Of a stretch of 64,000 bases of DNA, positions 56,225 to 64,000 are shown one piece after another. Source of the stretch: Rhodoglobus sp. (GTDB lineage: Bacteria > Actinomycetota > Actinomycetes > Actinomycetales > Microbacteriaceae); the NCBI GenBank assembly GCA_965279645.1, contig OZ257254.1:362781-426780 (forward strand), read 5' to 3'. How positions within the stretch are numbered: position 1 is the stretch's first letter; each line of letters begins with the position of its first letter. Below the pieces are notes generated by a model. The model did not search any database and was not told the origin of the DNA. It worked only from the letters and a program-made list of their open reading frames with translations. Both the position numbers and the translations under genes were made by a program.

Positions 56225-56692
56225 TCAGTCGCGAGGAAGGCGCGGTACTCGCTCGGCGAGATCGTGGATGTTGTCGGAAGTTGACTCGAGATACTGCGTT
56301 ATCGCCGCAGTGTGATCCCCGCCGGGCAAGGCGGCGCTGAGCGCTTCGTAGTAGTGGCTGATCACCCAGGCCATCGTCTCGCGGCCTGCGTCGGTGAGGT
56401 CGACCACGACGCTGCGGCGGTCGACGCTGCTCTGTTCGCGCGCCACGAGGTTGTTGAGCACGAGCTTGTCGATGGTCGCGGTCATGCTTCCCGACGTGAT
56501 GCTTGCCGCGGCGGCGAGTGCCCCGGCGGTTGACGGGCCCTCGCGGTTGAGGATGCTGATCGTCTTGAGCCCAGTGACGCCGATGCCGAGGCGCTCGCCC
56601 ATAGCGGAGCGCGCATCATCCATCGTGAGTATGAGGCGGAACATTGCGCCGGCAAGCCCGGCGAAGCCGTCATCTGCGGAAGTGTGTGGCAT
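56225..56692 (-). CDS. MarR-family transcriptional regulator
   Basis: TAGALAAAASITSGSMTATIDKL and DRRSVVVDLTDAG. Confidence 0.88.
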   Translation of the reverse strand: MPHTSADDGFAGLAGAMFRLILTMDDARSAMGERLGIGVTGLKTISILNREGPSTAGALAAAASITSGSMTATIDKLVLNNLVAREQSSVDRRSVVVDLTDAGRETMAWVISHYYEALSAALPGGDHTAAITQYLESTSDNIHDLAERVPRLPRD

Positions 56693-56758
56693 GTTTCCCC
56701 GTCTGGCACCTCGCGGTGCGTTCCCCGCCATCCACACTACAGAGAGATGTGCGTATTT

Positions 56759-57388
56759 CTATGCGTTTGCAATGAACGATGCGACGGCCGAGGCCGCCTC
56801 AGCGAGGTTCTGCTCGTTGGTTCTTCCACTGATCTTTACACGGGGTTTGAAGCCGTGCTCCCCGTCTTCGAGCCAGTGCAGCTCGATGGCGGGGGAGAGC
56901 CCGTAGCCGGGAACTTCCTCGATCGTGCCGAACTGGTCGCGCGTGCCCTGGCATATGAGGGTCGCGGTCTTCAGGGTGAGCAGGTGCGCGGTGCGCAGCG
57001 CGTCGGGCGTGCCCGGCGGGTGGAACGGATAGCCGAGGCACACCAGGCCCGCGATCGTGCCAGCCTCGAACAGCTCGTCGGCGACCATGCTTGCGACGCG
57101 CCCACCCATCGACTTGCCGCCGATGAACAGCCGCTGCGCGCCCACCGTGGCAACGGCGTCACGAAATTCGCCCACGAGCGTTTCGGCGCGGGGCGGCGGC
57201 TTGCGCAGGCCCTGCCGGCGAGCGGCCATGTAGGCGAACTCGAACCGGGCCACCCGAATACCGTGACCCGCGAGTCGCTCGGCAAAGTCGGTCATCCAGC
57301 CGTTCTCCATGCCGGCGCCGGCGCCGTGAGCGAAGAGAAATGTGGCGCTGTAGCTGTCGGGGGTGTTCCAGAGAATCTCGGTTGCCAT
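56759..57388 (-). CDS. Alpha/beta hydrolase-fold protein
   Basis: AHGAGAGM, GGKSMGGR, LGYPFHPPG, QGTRDQFG, DGEH. Confidence 0.9.
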   Translation of the reverse strand: MATEILWNTPDSYSATFLFAHGAGAGMENGWMTDFAERLAGHGIRVARFEFAYMAARRQGLRKPPPRAETLVGEFRDAVATVGAQRLFIGGKSMGGRVASMVADELFEAGTIAGLVCLGYPFHPPGTPDALRTAHLLTLKTATLICQGTRDQFGTIEEVPGYGLSPAIELHWLEDGEHGFKPRVKISGRTNEQNLAEAASAVASFIANA

Positions 57389-57433
57389 GAGGTGATGCTA
57401 CGGCCAGCCCGGCAGCAGCCGTAGGCTCGACGG

Positions 57434-58192
57434 GTGAAGATCGCACGGTTCAGTACAGGCGGGGATCCCCGATTCGGCATCATCGACGGCGATGAATTGG
57501 TGGTGCTCAAGGGCGACCCCATGTTCATGGGCTTCGACACCATCGACGAGCGCGTGCCGCTGTCGGCGGCGAAACTCCTGGCACCCGTGATCCCTCGCTC
57601 GAAGGTGGTGTGTGTCGGTAAGAACTATCGCGACCACGCGGCCGAGATGGGCGGCGAGGCCCCCGCCGAGCCGTTGCTGTTTCTCAAACCCAACACCTCG
57701 GTAATCGGCCCGGGTGACGCCATTGTTCGCCCCTCGCAAAGCGACCAGGTGGACTTCGAGGGCGAGCTCGCCGTGGTTATCGGCAGCATCGCCAAGAACG
57801 TCGCCGAAGCGGATGCCGCGTCGGTCGTGTTTGGATACACGATCGCCAACGATGTCACCGCTCGTGACCTGCAGAAGCGCGATGGACAGTGGACGCGCGC
57901 CAAGGGATTCGACACGTTCTGCCCGCTCGGCCCGGTGATCGAGACGGAGTTCTCACTCACTGGCCAGACCATCGAGACGAGCGTTAACGGCGTCGTCAAG
58001 CAGTCGGGTTCGCTTGACGACATGGTGCACTCCGTCGCGGCCGTCATCGCCTACGCATCGAGCGTGTTCACGCTCCTGCCCGGCGACGTCATCCTCACTG
58101 GCACTCCCGCGGGCATCGGTCCGATCGTCGCGGGTGACGTGGTCGAGGTCACGGTGTCGGGCATCGGTACCCTCAGTAACCCCGTGCGCTAG
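57434..58192 (+). CDS. Fumarylacetoacetate hydrolase family protein
   Basis: [48 protein letters not shown]. Confidence 0.95.
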   Translation: MKIARFSTGGDPRFGIIDGDELVVLKGDPMFMGFDTIDERVPLSAAKLLAPVIPRSKVVCVGKNYRDHAAEMGGEAPAEPLLFLKPNTSVIGPGDAIVRPSQSDQVDFEGELAVVIGSIAKNVAEADAASVVFGYTIANDVTARDLQKRDGQWTRAKGFDTFCPLGPVIETEFSLTGQTIETSVNGVVKQSGSLDDMVHSVAAVIAYASSVFTLLPGDVILTGTPAGIGPIVAGDVVEVTVSGIGTLSNPVR

Positions 58193-58270
58193 CCGCCATC
58201 CTGCTGCGGCACCCTCGCTCAGGCGAGGCAGAGTTCGCGGTATCTTGCATTGCACGCTATTGTGTAATGC

Positions 58271-58612
58271 ATGGTAGTTGCAGACATTGGAGCACAGCTT
58301 CGCAAGGGCGTAGTGGAGTTCTGCGTACTCGGGCTCCTCGAGCGCGAGGCTATGTACGGCTGGCAGCTCTCAGAGCAGCTCACCGAGCACGGCATGATCG
58401 CGAGCATCGGCACCCTCTATCCGGTGCTCACGCGCCTGAGAGAGAAGGGCCTCGTGTCGTCATTCGAAGAGGCATCCGGGTCGGGCCCGGTGCGTCGCTA
58501 CTACCGCCTCACGCCCTCGGGCACCACACACTTACAAACATTCCGCACCCAGTGGGCGCCGTTCACGGCGACCGTCACAGGGATCGTGGGAGAAGGGAAA
58601 GACCATGACTGA
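58271..58612 (+). CDS. PadR-family transcriptional regulator
   Basis: QLRKGVVEFCVL, MYGWQL, GTLYPVLTRL, RRYYRLT. Confidence 0.95.
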   Translation: MVVADIGAQLRKGVVEFCVLGLLEREAMYGWQLSEQLTEHGMIASIGTLYPVLTRLREKGLVSSFEEASGSGPVRRYYRLTPSGTTHLQTFRTQWAPFTATVTGIVGEGKDHD

Positions 58613-59174
58613 CACGACACCCCAGGTGGTTCGCAGCTACCTGAGCGAGTTGGATGCGGCGCTGCGCGGGCTTCCCGAGCCGGTGCGCCAGGAGATTCTG
58701 GGCGGCGTCACCGAAGAACTCACGGGGCTGGATGCCTCGGCCGCCGCCGCGCGCATCGAGGAGCTGGGCGATCCCGCGTTCATCGCCGCGGAGGCGCGGG
58801 CGGAATCGGGCGTGACCGATGCGGCCGCGCCGACGCATCCGGATGCCCTCTGGTACACGGTGATCGCGAGTCTGCTCGTGGCCTTCGGCGGCATCGTCGT
58901 GCCCGTCGTGGGCTGGATTGCGGGCATCGCAATGGTGTGGTTGTCGCGAGCGTGGTTCACGTGGGAGAAGTGGGTTGCGACGCTGGCGGCTGCTGTGCTC
59001 GCCGTCGTCGGTGCGTTAGTGGTCTTCGGGCTCACCTGGGTGTTCACCGCGGGAGAGAGCGCTATTTCGTTGTGGCACAGCAGCGTGCTTGGCCTGGCGC
59101 TGCTCCCGGGCGTGCTCAACATCGGCGTAGGACTCTGGTTGCTCTGGCGAGTGCGCCGCACGCCGCGGCCCTGA
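58605..59174 (+). CDS. HAAS/DUF1700-type membrane protein
   Basis: [16 protein letters not shown] and LGDPAFIA, followed by TMs; overlaps padR. Confidence 0.8.
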   Translation: MTDTTPQVVRSYLSELDAALRGLPEPVRQEILGGVTEELTGLDASAAAARIEELGDPAFIAAEARAESGVTDAAAPTHPDALWYTVIASLLVAFGGIVVPVVGWIAGIAMVWLSRAWFTWEKWVATLAAAVLAVVGALVVFGLTWVFTAGESAISLWHSSVLGLALLPGVLNIGVGLWLLWRVRRTPRP

Positions 59175-59238
59175 TCAGGCGGGCTGGTTTCTCAGGCCGC
59201 AAATCCTCAGAAAGCCACCACGGCTAGGATTGAAGGCG

Positions 59239-60714
59239 ATGTCAGCCCCATTTTCTACCGCAACCGGAACCGACGTTCGCGTTCGTTTCTGCCCCTCGCC
59301 GACCGGTACGCCGCACGTCGGTCTCATCCGCACAGCCCTGTTCAACTGGGCGTACGCGCGCCACACCGGCGGCAAGCTTATCTTCCGAATCGAAGACACC
59401 GACGCGGAGCGCGACAGCGAGGAGAGCTACCTGCAACTGCTCGACGCGTTGCGCTGGCTCAACATTGACTGGGACGAGGGAATCGACGTCGGCGGCCCGC
59501 AGGCGCCGTACCGCCAGTCGCAGCGCACCGACATCTACCTCGGTGTGATCGAGCAGCTCAAGGCGGCCGGTCACCTGTACGAGTCGTACGCGACGGGCGA
59601 AGAGATCGAGGCCCGCAACGTGGCCAACGGCCGCGACCCCAAACAGGGTTACGACAACTTCGAGCGCGACCTCACCGATGCCGAGCGGGAGGCGTTCCGC
59701 GCCGAGGGGCGCCAGCCCGCCCTGCGTTTGCGGGTGCCCGACACCGACCTCAGCTTCGACGACCTCGTGCGCGGCGAGATCACCTTCCCGCAGGGATCAT
59801 TCACCGACTTCGTCGTCGTTCGGCCCAATGGCGCTCCGCTGTACACGTTCGTCAACCCCGTGGATGACGCGCTCATGGGCGTCACGCACGTGCTGCGCGG
59901 TGAAGACCTGCTCTCGTCGACTCCCCGGCAGATTGCGCTGTACACCGCGCTCATCGAGATCGGTCTCACCGACTTCATCCCTCGCTTCGGCCACCTGCCC
60001 TATGTGATGGGGGAGGGCAACAAGAAGCTCTCGAAGCGCGACCCTGAATCGAACCTCTTCCACCACCGCGACCGCGGGTTCATTCCCGAAGGCCTCGTCA
60101 ACTACCTGTCGCTGCTGGGCTGGTCGCTCTCGGGTGATCGAGACGTGTTCTCGATCAACGAGATGGTCGCGGCATTCGACGTTGTGGATGTCAACCCCAA
60201 CCCCGCGCGTTTCGACGTGAAGAAGGCCGAGTCGATCAACGGCGACCACATTCGCCTGCTCTCGACGGAGGAATTCGCCAACCGTTTGCTGCCCTACCTC
60301 GGTGATCTCATTCGCACCGAGGCCGACCGCGAGGTGCTGCTGTCGGCCGCGCCCCTCGTGCAGGAGCGCATGCAGTTGCTCGGCGAGGCACCGGGCCTGC
60401 TTGCGTTCCTGTTCACCGCCGACGACGACCTCGTGTTTGAGGCGGATGCCCTGCCCGGTGCCGAGGGCCCCGAGGTGCTCGACGCTGCGCTCGCCGTGCT
60501 GCCGGGCATCCCGGAGTGGACCCACGATGCCATCGAGGCTGCGCTGCGCGCCGAACTTATCGACGTGAAGCAGCTCAAACCGCGCCTGGCCTTCGGGCCC
60601 CTGCGCAGCGCCATCTCGGGGCGCCGCATTAGCCCGCCGCTCTTCGAGTCGATGCAGATTCTCGGTCGCGAGTCGTCGCTCGCTCGGATCGCGAGGCTTC
60701 GGGCGCAGCTGTGA
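59239..60714 (+). CDS. gltX: Glutamate--tRNA ligase
   Basis: [13 protein letters not shown] (HIGH-like), RIEDTD, RGEDL, KKLSKR (KMSKS-like). Confidence 0.97.
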   Translation: MSAPFSTATGTDVRVRFCPSPTGTPHVGLIRTALFNWAYARHTGGKLIFRIEDTDAERDSEESYLQLLDALRWLNIDWDEGIDVGGPQAPYRQSQRTDIYLGVIEQLKAAGHLYESYATGEEIEARNVANGRDPKQGYDNFERDLTDAEREAFRAEGRQPALRLRVPDTDLSFDDLVRGEITFPQGSFTDFVVVRPNGAPLYTFVNPVDDALMGVTHVLRGEDLLSSTPRQIALYTALIEIGLTDFIPRFGHLPYVMGEGNKKLSKRDPESNLFHHRDRGFIPEGLVNYLSLLGWSLSGDRDVFSINEMVAAFDVVDVNPNPARFDVKKAESINGDHIRLLSTEEFANRLLPYLGDLIRTEADREVLLSAAPLVQERMQLLGEAPGLLAFLFTADDDLVFEADALPGAEGPEVLDAALAVLPGIPEWTHDAIEAALRAELIDVKQLKPRLAFGPLRSAISGRRISPPLFESMQILGRESSLARIARLRAQL

Positions 60715-61622
60715 GCGACTGGGATGTCGTGATTGTCGGCGGTGGACCCGCCGGCCTGAGTGCCGCCCTCAACCTCGCGAGAGCTCGGCGTCGGGTGCTC
60801 GTGCTCGACAGCAACCGTCCGCGCAACTCGGCGACCTTCCGGTCGCACGGGTTTCTCAGCCGTGATGGCATCTCGCCGCTCGAACTGCGCCGTCTCGGTC
60901 GCGAGGAACTCGAGGCGTATCCGAACGCATCATTCGAGAAGACCGTGGTGAAGCGGGTCGAGCCGACCTCGCGGGTCGAGCCTGGCGAGACCACCCCCAC
61001 CGGTTTCATCGTCGACGACAAGTACACCACCACGACCTTCGTTGTCGCCACGGGACTGCGCGAGCAGCAACCACCACTACCGAGCCTGCGCGCGTTCTAC
61101 GGCACGAGCATCCATTCGTGCATGGAGTGCGACGGCTACGAATACAGCGACAAGCCCATCGCTCTCATCGGCGAATCGGGCGACCTCGCCGACCGCGCCC
61201 TGCTGCTGTCGCAGTGGAGTCGCGACCTCATCGTGTTCACCAACGGCGTCGGTGTCGTGACCGACGAGCAGGAGGCGAATCTGGGCACGCTGGGTATTCG
61301 CGTTGACCGTCGACCCGTGGCGGATGTCGCGGGCGATCGCGATGGAGTCACCGGTGTCACGCTTGCCGACGGTGAGACGGTGCCGCGCGTGGGCATCTTC
61401 GTGCGCCCCATCTACACGCCTGCGCTCGATTACGTCGAACCGCTCGGTCTGGCCCGAGACGCCGACGACCTGATCGTGGTCGACGACGTGGGCCGCACGA
61501 GCGTGCCCGGCGCCTACGCAATCGGCGACTGCACTCCTCCTGGCCCCCAGCAACTCATTGTTGCCGCCGGACAGGGCGGCCGCGTTGCTGCTGCCATCAA
61601 CAGGGATCTTCTGCACTCATGA
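60711..61622 (+). CDS. NAD(P)/FAD-dependent oxidoreductase (thioredoxin-reductase-like)
   Basis: [23 protein letters not shown] (CxxC), [11 protein letters not shown]. Confidence 0.92.
   Translation: MSDWDVVIVGGGPAGLSAALNLARARRRVLVLDSNRPRNSATFRSHGFLSRDGISPLELRRLGREELEAYPNASFEKTVVKRVEPTSRVEPGETTPTGFIVDDKYTTTTFVVATGLREQQPPLPSLRAFYGTSIHSCMECDGYEYSDKPIALIGESGDLADRALLLSQWSRDLIVFTNGVGVVTDEQEANLGTLGIRVDRRPVADVAGDRDGVTGVTLADGETVPRVGIFVRPIYTPALDYVEPLGLARDADDLIVVDDVGRTSVPGAYAIGDCTPPGPQQLIVAAGQGGRVAAAINRDLLHS
60971..60992 (+). repeat. Family B REP copy inside the oxidoreductase (in frame, RVEPGET)
   Basis: gcgggtcgagcctggcgagacc, 20/22 identical to both 26852 and 27944. Confidence 0.8.
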
Positions 61623-62296
61623 CCGTCAAGAAGCGACCGTGGTGGAAGGGCTGGATTCCGGCCGCTGGCCTCGTCGTGATTCTCGTGGGCGTGGGCATCG
61701 CAACCTCCGTCATGATCAACAACGGTCTCGGCCAGCCCGCACCCAAGCCCACCGAGGGGCAGGTCACCGACCTCAACTGGTCGAGTTTCAGCGAAGACGG
61801 CTTGGATTACATTGCCCGCACCCGCCAGGTGCGCATCGACATGTCGACCCAGCCCGTGGATGCTGCGGCCATTGGCCTGGCCCCTGACGACACCCTCGTG
61901 CTGGAGCGCATAGACACGGGTGACACCCTGCTCGACTACGACCTCATCATCAATGGGGGAGGGGAGGGTTTTGGTGGTGGCCGATTCGTGGTCACCGACA
62001 TCACCATCGTGACGCAGAGCGGTGTCGTGACGAGCGTGAGCGCGCCCCTGCGCGACGTCGTCAACTTTCGCCAGACGCTCGACATGCTGACCGAGAAGGC
62101 AGAGATCTGGGGGTGGGATACGGCCGCCCGCGACGAGGCCTTCGCGATCGCCGACCAGGCGACCCGCGACGGCGTGCCCTACGAGTTCACGTTTGGCCCG
62201 GCAGACAAGGCGGGAGTACCGATGGCGGCGACCGCGAGCTGCGACACGAGCGGCTTCTGCGTCGTTACCTACACGGCCACTCCCGCGACAGAATAG
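61619..62296 (+). CDS. Hypothetical membrane-anchored extracytoplasmic protein
   Basis: KKRPWWK followed by one TM and an acidic beta-rich domain ending in a C..C pair; ATGA-coupled. Confidence 0.7.
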   Translation: MTVKKRPWWKGWIPAAGLVVILVGVGIATSVMINNGLGQPAPKPTEGQVTDLNWSSFSEDGLDYIARTRQVRIDMSTQPVDAAAIGLAPDDTLVLERIDTGDTLLDYDLIINGGGEGFGGGRFVVTDITIVTQSGVVTSVSAPLRDVVNFRQTLDMLTEKAEIWGWDTAARDEAFAIADQATRDGVPYEFTFGPADKAGVPMAATASCDTSGFCVVTYTATPATE

Positions 62297-62300
62297 TCAG

Positions 62301-62792
62301 ATGCAGATCAGGCCGGCCACCGAGAACGACCTCGACGAGATTCTCGAGATTCACAACACGGCCGTTCGTGATTCGCTCGCAATCTGGACCGAGACCGAAG
62401 AGACTCGCGCCGATCGTGCGGCGTGGCTTGCGGCTCACCAAGAGGCGGGCGAGCCGGTGCTCATCGCCGACGTCGACGGGCGGGTTGCGGGGTACGCGAC
62501 GTACGGTCGATTCCGCCCGAAGACGGGCTATCGCTACTCCGTCGAGAACTCCGTTTATGTGCACACTGACTTTCACCGGCAGGGGATCGGTCGGATGCTC
62601 ATGGTCGAGCTCATCGCCCAGGCTCGGGCAGCGGGCATCCATGTGATGGTGGCGGGAATCGAGGCGGGCAACTCTGCGTCGATCGAGCTGCACCGAAAGC
62701 TGGGATTTGAGGAACCTGTCGTGGTGCGCGAGGTGGGCACGAAATTTGGCCAATGGCTCGACCTCGCGTTCATGCGTTTGCCCCTCGATTGA
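62301..62792 (+). CDS. GNAT N-acetyltransferase (phosphinothricin/methionine sulfone acetyltransferase-like)
   Basis: IRPATEND, VENSVYV..FHRQGIG, NSASIELH, VGTKFGQWLD. Confidence 0.92.
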   Translation: MQIRPATENDLDEILEIHNTAVRDSLAIWTETEETRADRAAWLAAHQEAGEPVLIADVDGRVAGYATYGRFRPKTGYRYSVENSVYVHTDFHRQGIGRMLMVELIAQARAAGIHVMVAGIEAGNSASIELHRKLGFEEPVVVREVGTKFGQWLDLAFMRLPLD

Positions 62793-62834
62793 TACGCTAA
62801 AGTAGACAGTCGGCCCGCTTAGGCGGAACCGCAT

Positions 62835-62906
62835 TGGGGTATGGTGTAATTGGCAACACGGAAGATTCTGATTCTTTTGTTCTTGGTTCGAGTCCAGGTA
62901 CCCCAG
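62835..62906 (+). tRNA. tRNA-Gln (anticodon CTG), no encoded CCA
   Basis: Acceptor TGGGGTA/TACCCCA, D-arm GGTGTAATTGGCAACAC, anticodon loop TTCTGAT, T-loop GGTTCGAGTCC. Confidence 0.97.
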
Positions 62907-64000
62907 CTTTTGTAAGCTTGCTCAAACCGTTAGCAAGAAGAACCGAATGGTCAACATCAGTTTCCCCAGCACCCAGGTCGCTTCCGCGCGTCGGGTTTTT
63001 GGTTTGCTGGCCCGGTCGCACAATGGCGAGCCATTCCGATTGCCGCCGGCCGCGGTTCAGTTTGAGGTGGCACATCCACGTTGAGCCAGATTCGACGGAG
63101 AACCTGCCAAAGGAATCCACGACGCGACGAATCTGTCGTGTGCTTGAAAATGCTCAGATGGTTGGAAGAGGAGGCCTAGATACGCCGGCACTCGTCTGCA
63201 CGACGAAGTCGTCACTCCAGTCCAACAGAAGACTAAGTTCTCCATGGTGGGACCGAAACCGCTGGTACTTGGTCGCCGCAGACCCTCGTACACCGTCTAG
63301 AGTCAGTTCGGTAGTCCGTTGAGTTGAATTCCAGTGTTACCGAGTGGGGGCACCTGTGTCCGTTGAACTGACACCCGCGCACCAGCTTGCATCAGTTTTT
63401 AGCACACGGGTGTTTCGTGCTCTCGCGAGCGAGCGTATCGAAGTTCTCGCGCGACGTCTCGCGCCGCTGCTTTCTGTTGAGACGGTGCCCGATACGCCCG
63501 TTGCTCAGCTTTTTGATCTGGCGCACGCACGACTACTTCGCGAGTATCGGTCGGAGTACCTGTATAAGAACACCCTAGTTTCTAAGATCGTGTTCGGCAG
63601 GCATCGTCCGTCCACCGCCTCCGCACTTCTTGAGCAGCCAATGGGGGAATCCGAAGCCGATGTGTTGGTTTTAAATGGGACATCTACTGTCTACGAGATT
63701 AAGACCGACCTAGATCAGTTTTCACGTCTTAGCGGGCAGATTGCGGACTATTGCAGCCGCGCAGAGAGAGTGTACGTCGTAACATCCGAGCGGCGATCAG
63801 CGGCCGTCGAGGCGCGGGTTCCGGACCATGTGGGAGTCATCGCGCTCCGCCGGAGCGGTGTCCTGACTACGATCCGCGAGTCGGAGTCCAACCTTTCGCG
63901 TCTGAATGGACACCACTTATACCGTCTCCTGCGACGCGACGAAGCCTTAGCTCTCATGGGGGAGACAATTGGCTACTCGGCTGATGTCGCGAGAGGTGAC
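62907..64000. mobile_element. Left edge of a putative genomic island downstream of tRNA-Gln
   Basis: Abrupt GC drop (hand counts 29/60 at 63541-63600 and 24/60 at 63661-63720, versus 45/60 at 59701-59760) and many A/T-ending codons. No integrase or att repeat is visible in the window. Confidence 0.65.
63356..64000 (+). CDS. sce7726-like PD-(D/E)xK nuclease-fold protein, 3'-partial
   Basis: Manual translation from GTG 63356 is open to the window end (215 codons): MSVELTPAHQLASVFSTRVFRALA...YRSEYLYKN...FGRH...EADVLVLNGTSTVYEIKTDLDQFSRLSGQ..DY...VYVV. Confidence 0.82.
   Translation, partial: MSVELTPAHQLASVFSTRVFRALASERIEVLARRLAPLLSVETVPDTPVAQLFDLAHARLLREYRSEYLYKNTLVSKIVFGRHRPSTASALLEQPMGESEADVLVLNGTSTVYEIKTDLDQFSRLSGQIADYCSRAERVYVVTSERRSAAVEARVPDHVGVIALRRSGVLTTIRESESNLSRLNGHHLYRLLRRDEALALMGETIGYSADVARGD

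Noticed and set aside
62797-63322. ORF-track ORFs 62834-63322 (+), 62797-63120 (-) and 63057-63293 (-)
   Set aside because: Two overlap the tRNA; none has a recognisable motif, RBS or consistent codon bias.
63387-63984. Short ORFs 63387-63578, 63751-63984 and 63748-63957
   Set aside because: Alternate-frame shadows of the sce7726-like ORF starting at 63356.

Overview
High-GC actinobacterial chromosome segment. Gene content and order (otsA-otsB, mrpA-G, ilvD-ilvB-ilvN-ilvC, serA, leuB, ilvE, gltX, tRNA-Gln) suggest Microbacteriaceae; this is an inference, not a database result. Most of the window is housekeeping and stress metabolism: a gamma-glutamyl-amine catabolic operon, a tetR-mmpL-yhgE exporter operon, trehalose synthesis and an Mrp antiporter, branched-chain amino acid genes, a self-contained molybdenum block, and an accessory patch at 40.8-47.7 kb (HNH/DUF222, secreted lamin-tail phosphoesterase, GNAT-like orphan, LPXTG protein). 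The most interesting signals are: (1) two REP-like palindrome families that occur between genes and also in-frame inside three proteins (mtlD, a membrane protein, a flavin oxidoreductase), one also capping a decayed gene; (2) a mostly translationally coupled operon of a cytoplasmic sulfite-oxidase-family Mo enzyme, an FNR-type reductase and a small 2xCxxC protein, which looks like an uncharacterised electron-transfer system next to its own Moco/molybdate supply; (3) a low-GC island starting right after tRNA-Gln(CTG), whose first gene is a PD-(D/E)xK protein of the sce7726 type missing from the supplied ORF track because it runs off the window end; (4) an MMPL transporter fused to a degenerate ABC-ATPase-like domain and paired with YhgE/Pip; (5) many apparently leaderless promoters. 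No CRISPR array, rRNA or transposase was found. Family assignments are from motif recognition and memory, without searches; several start codons were re-picked by hand.
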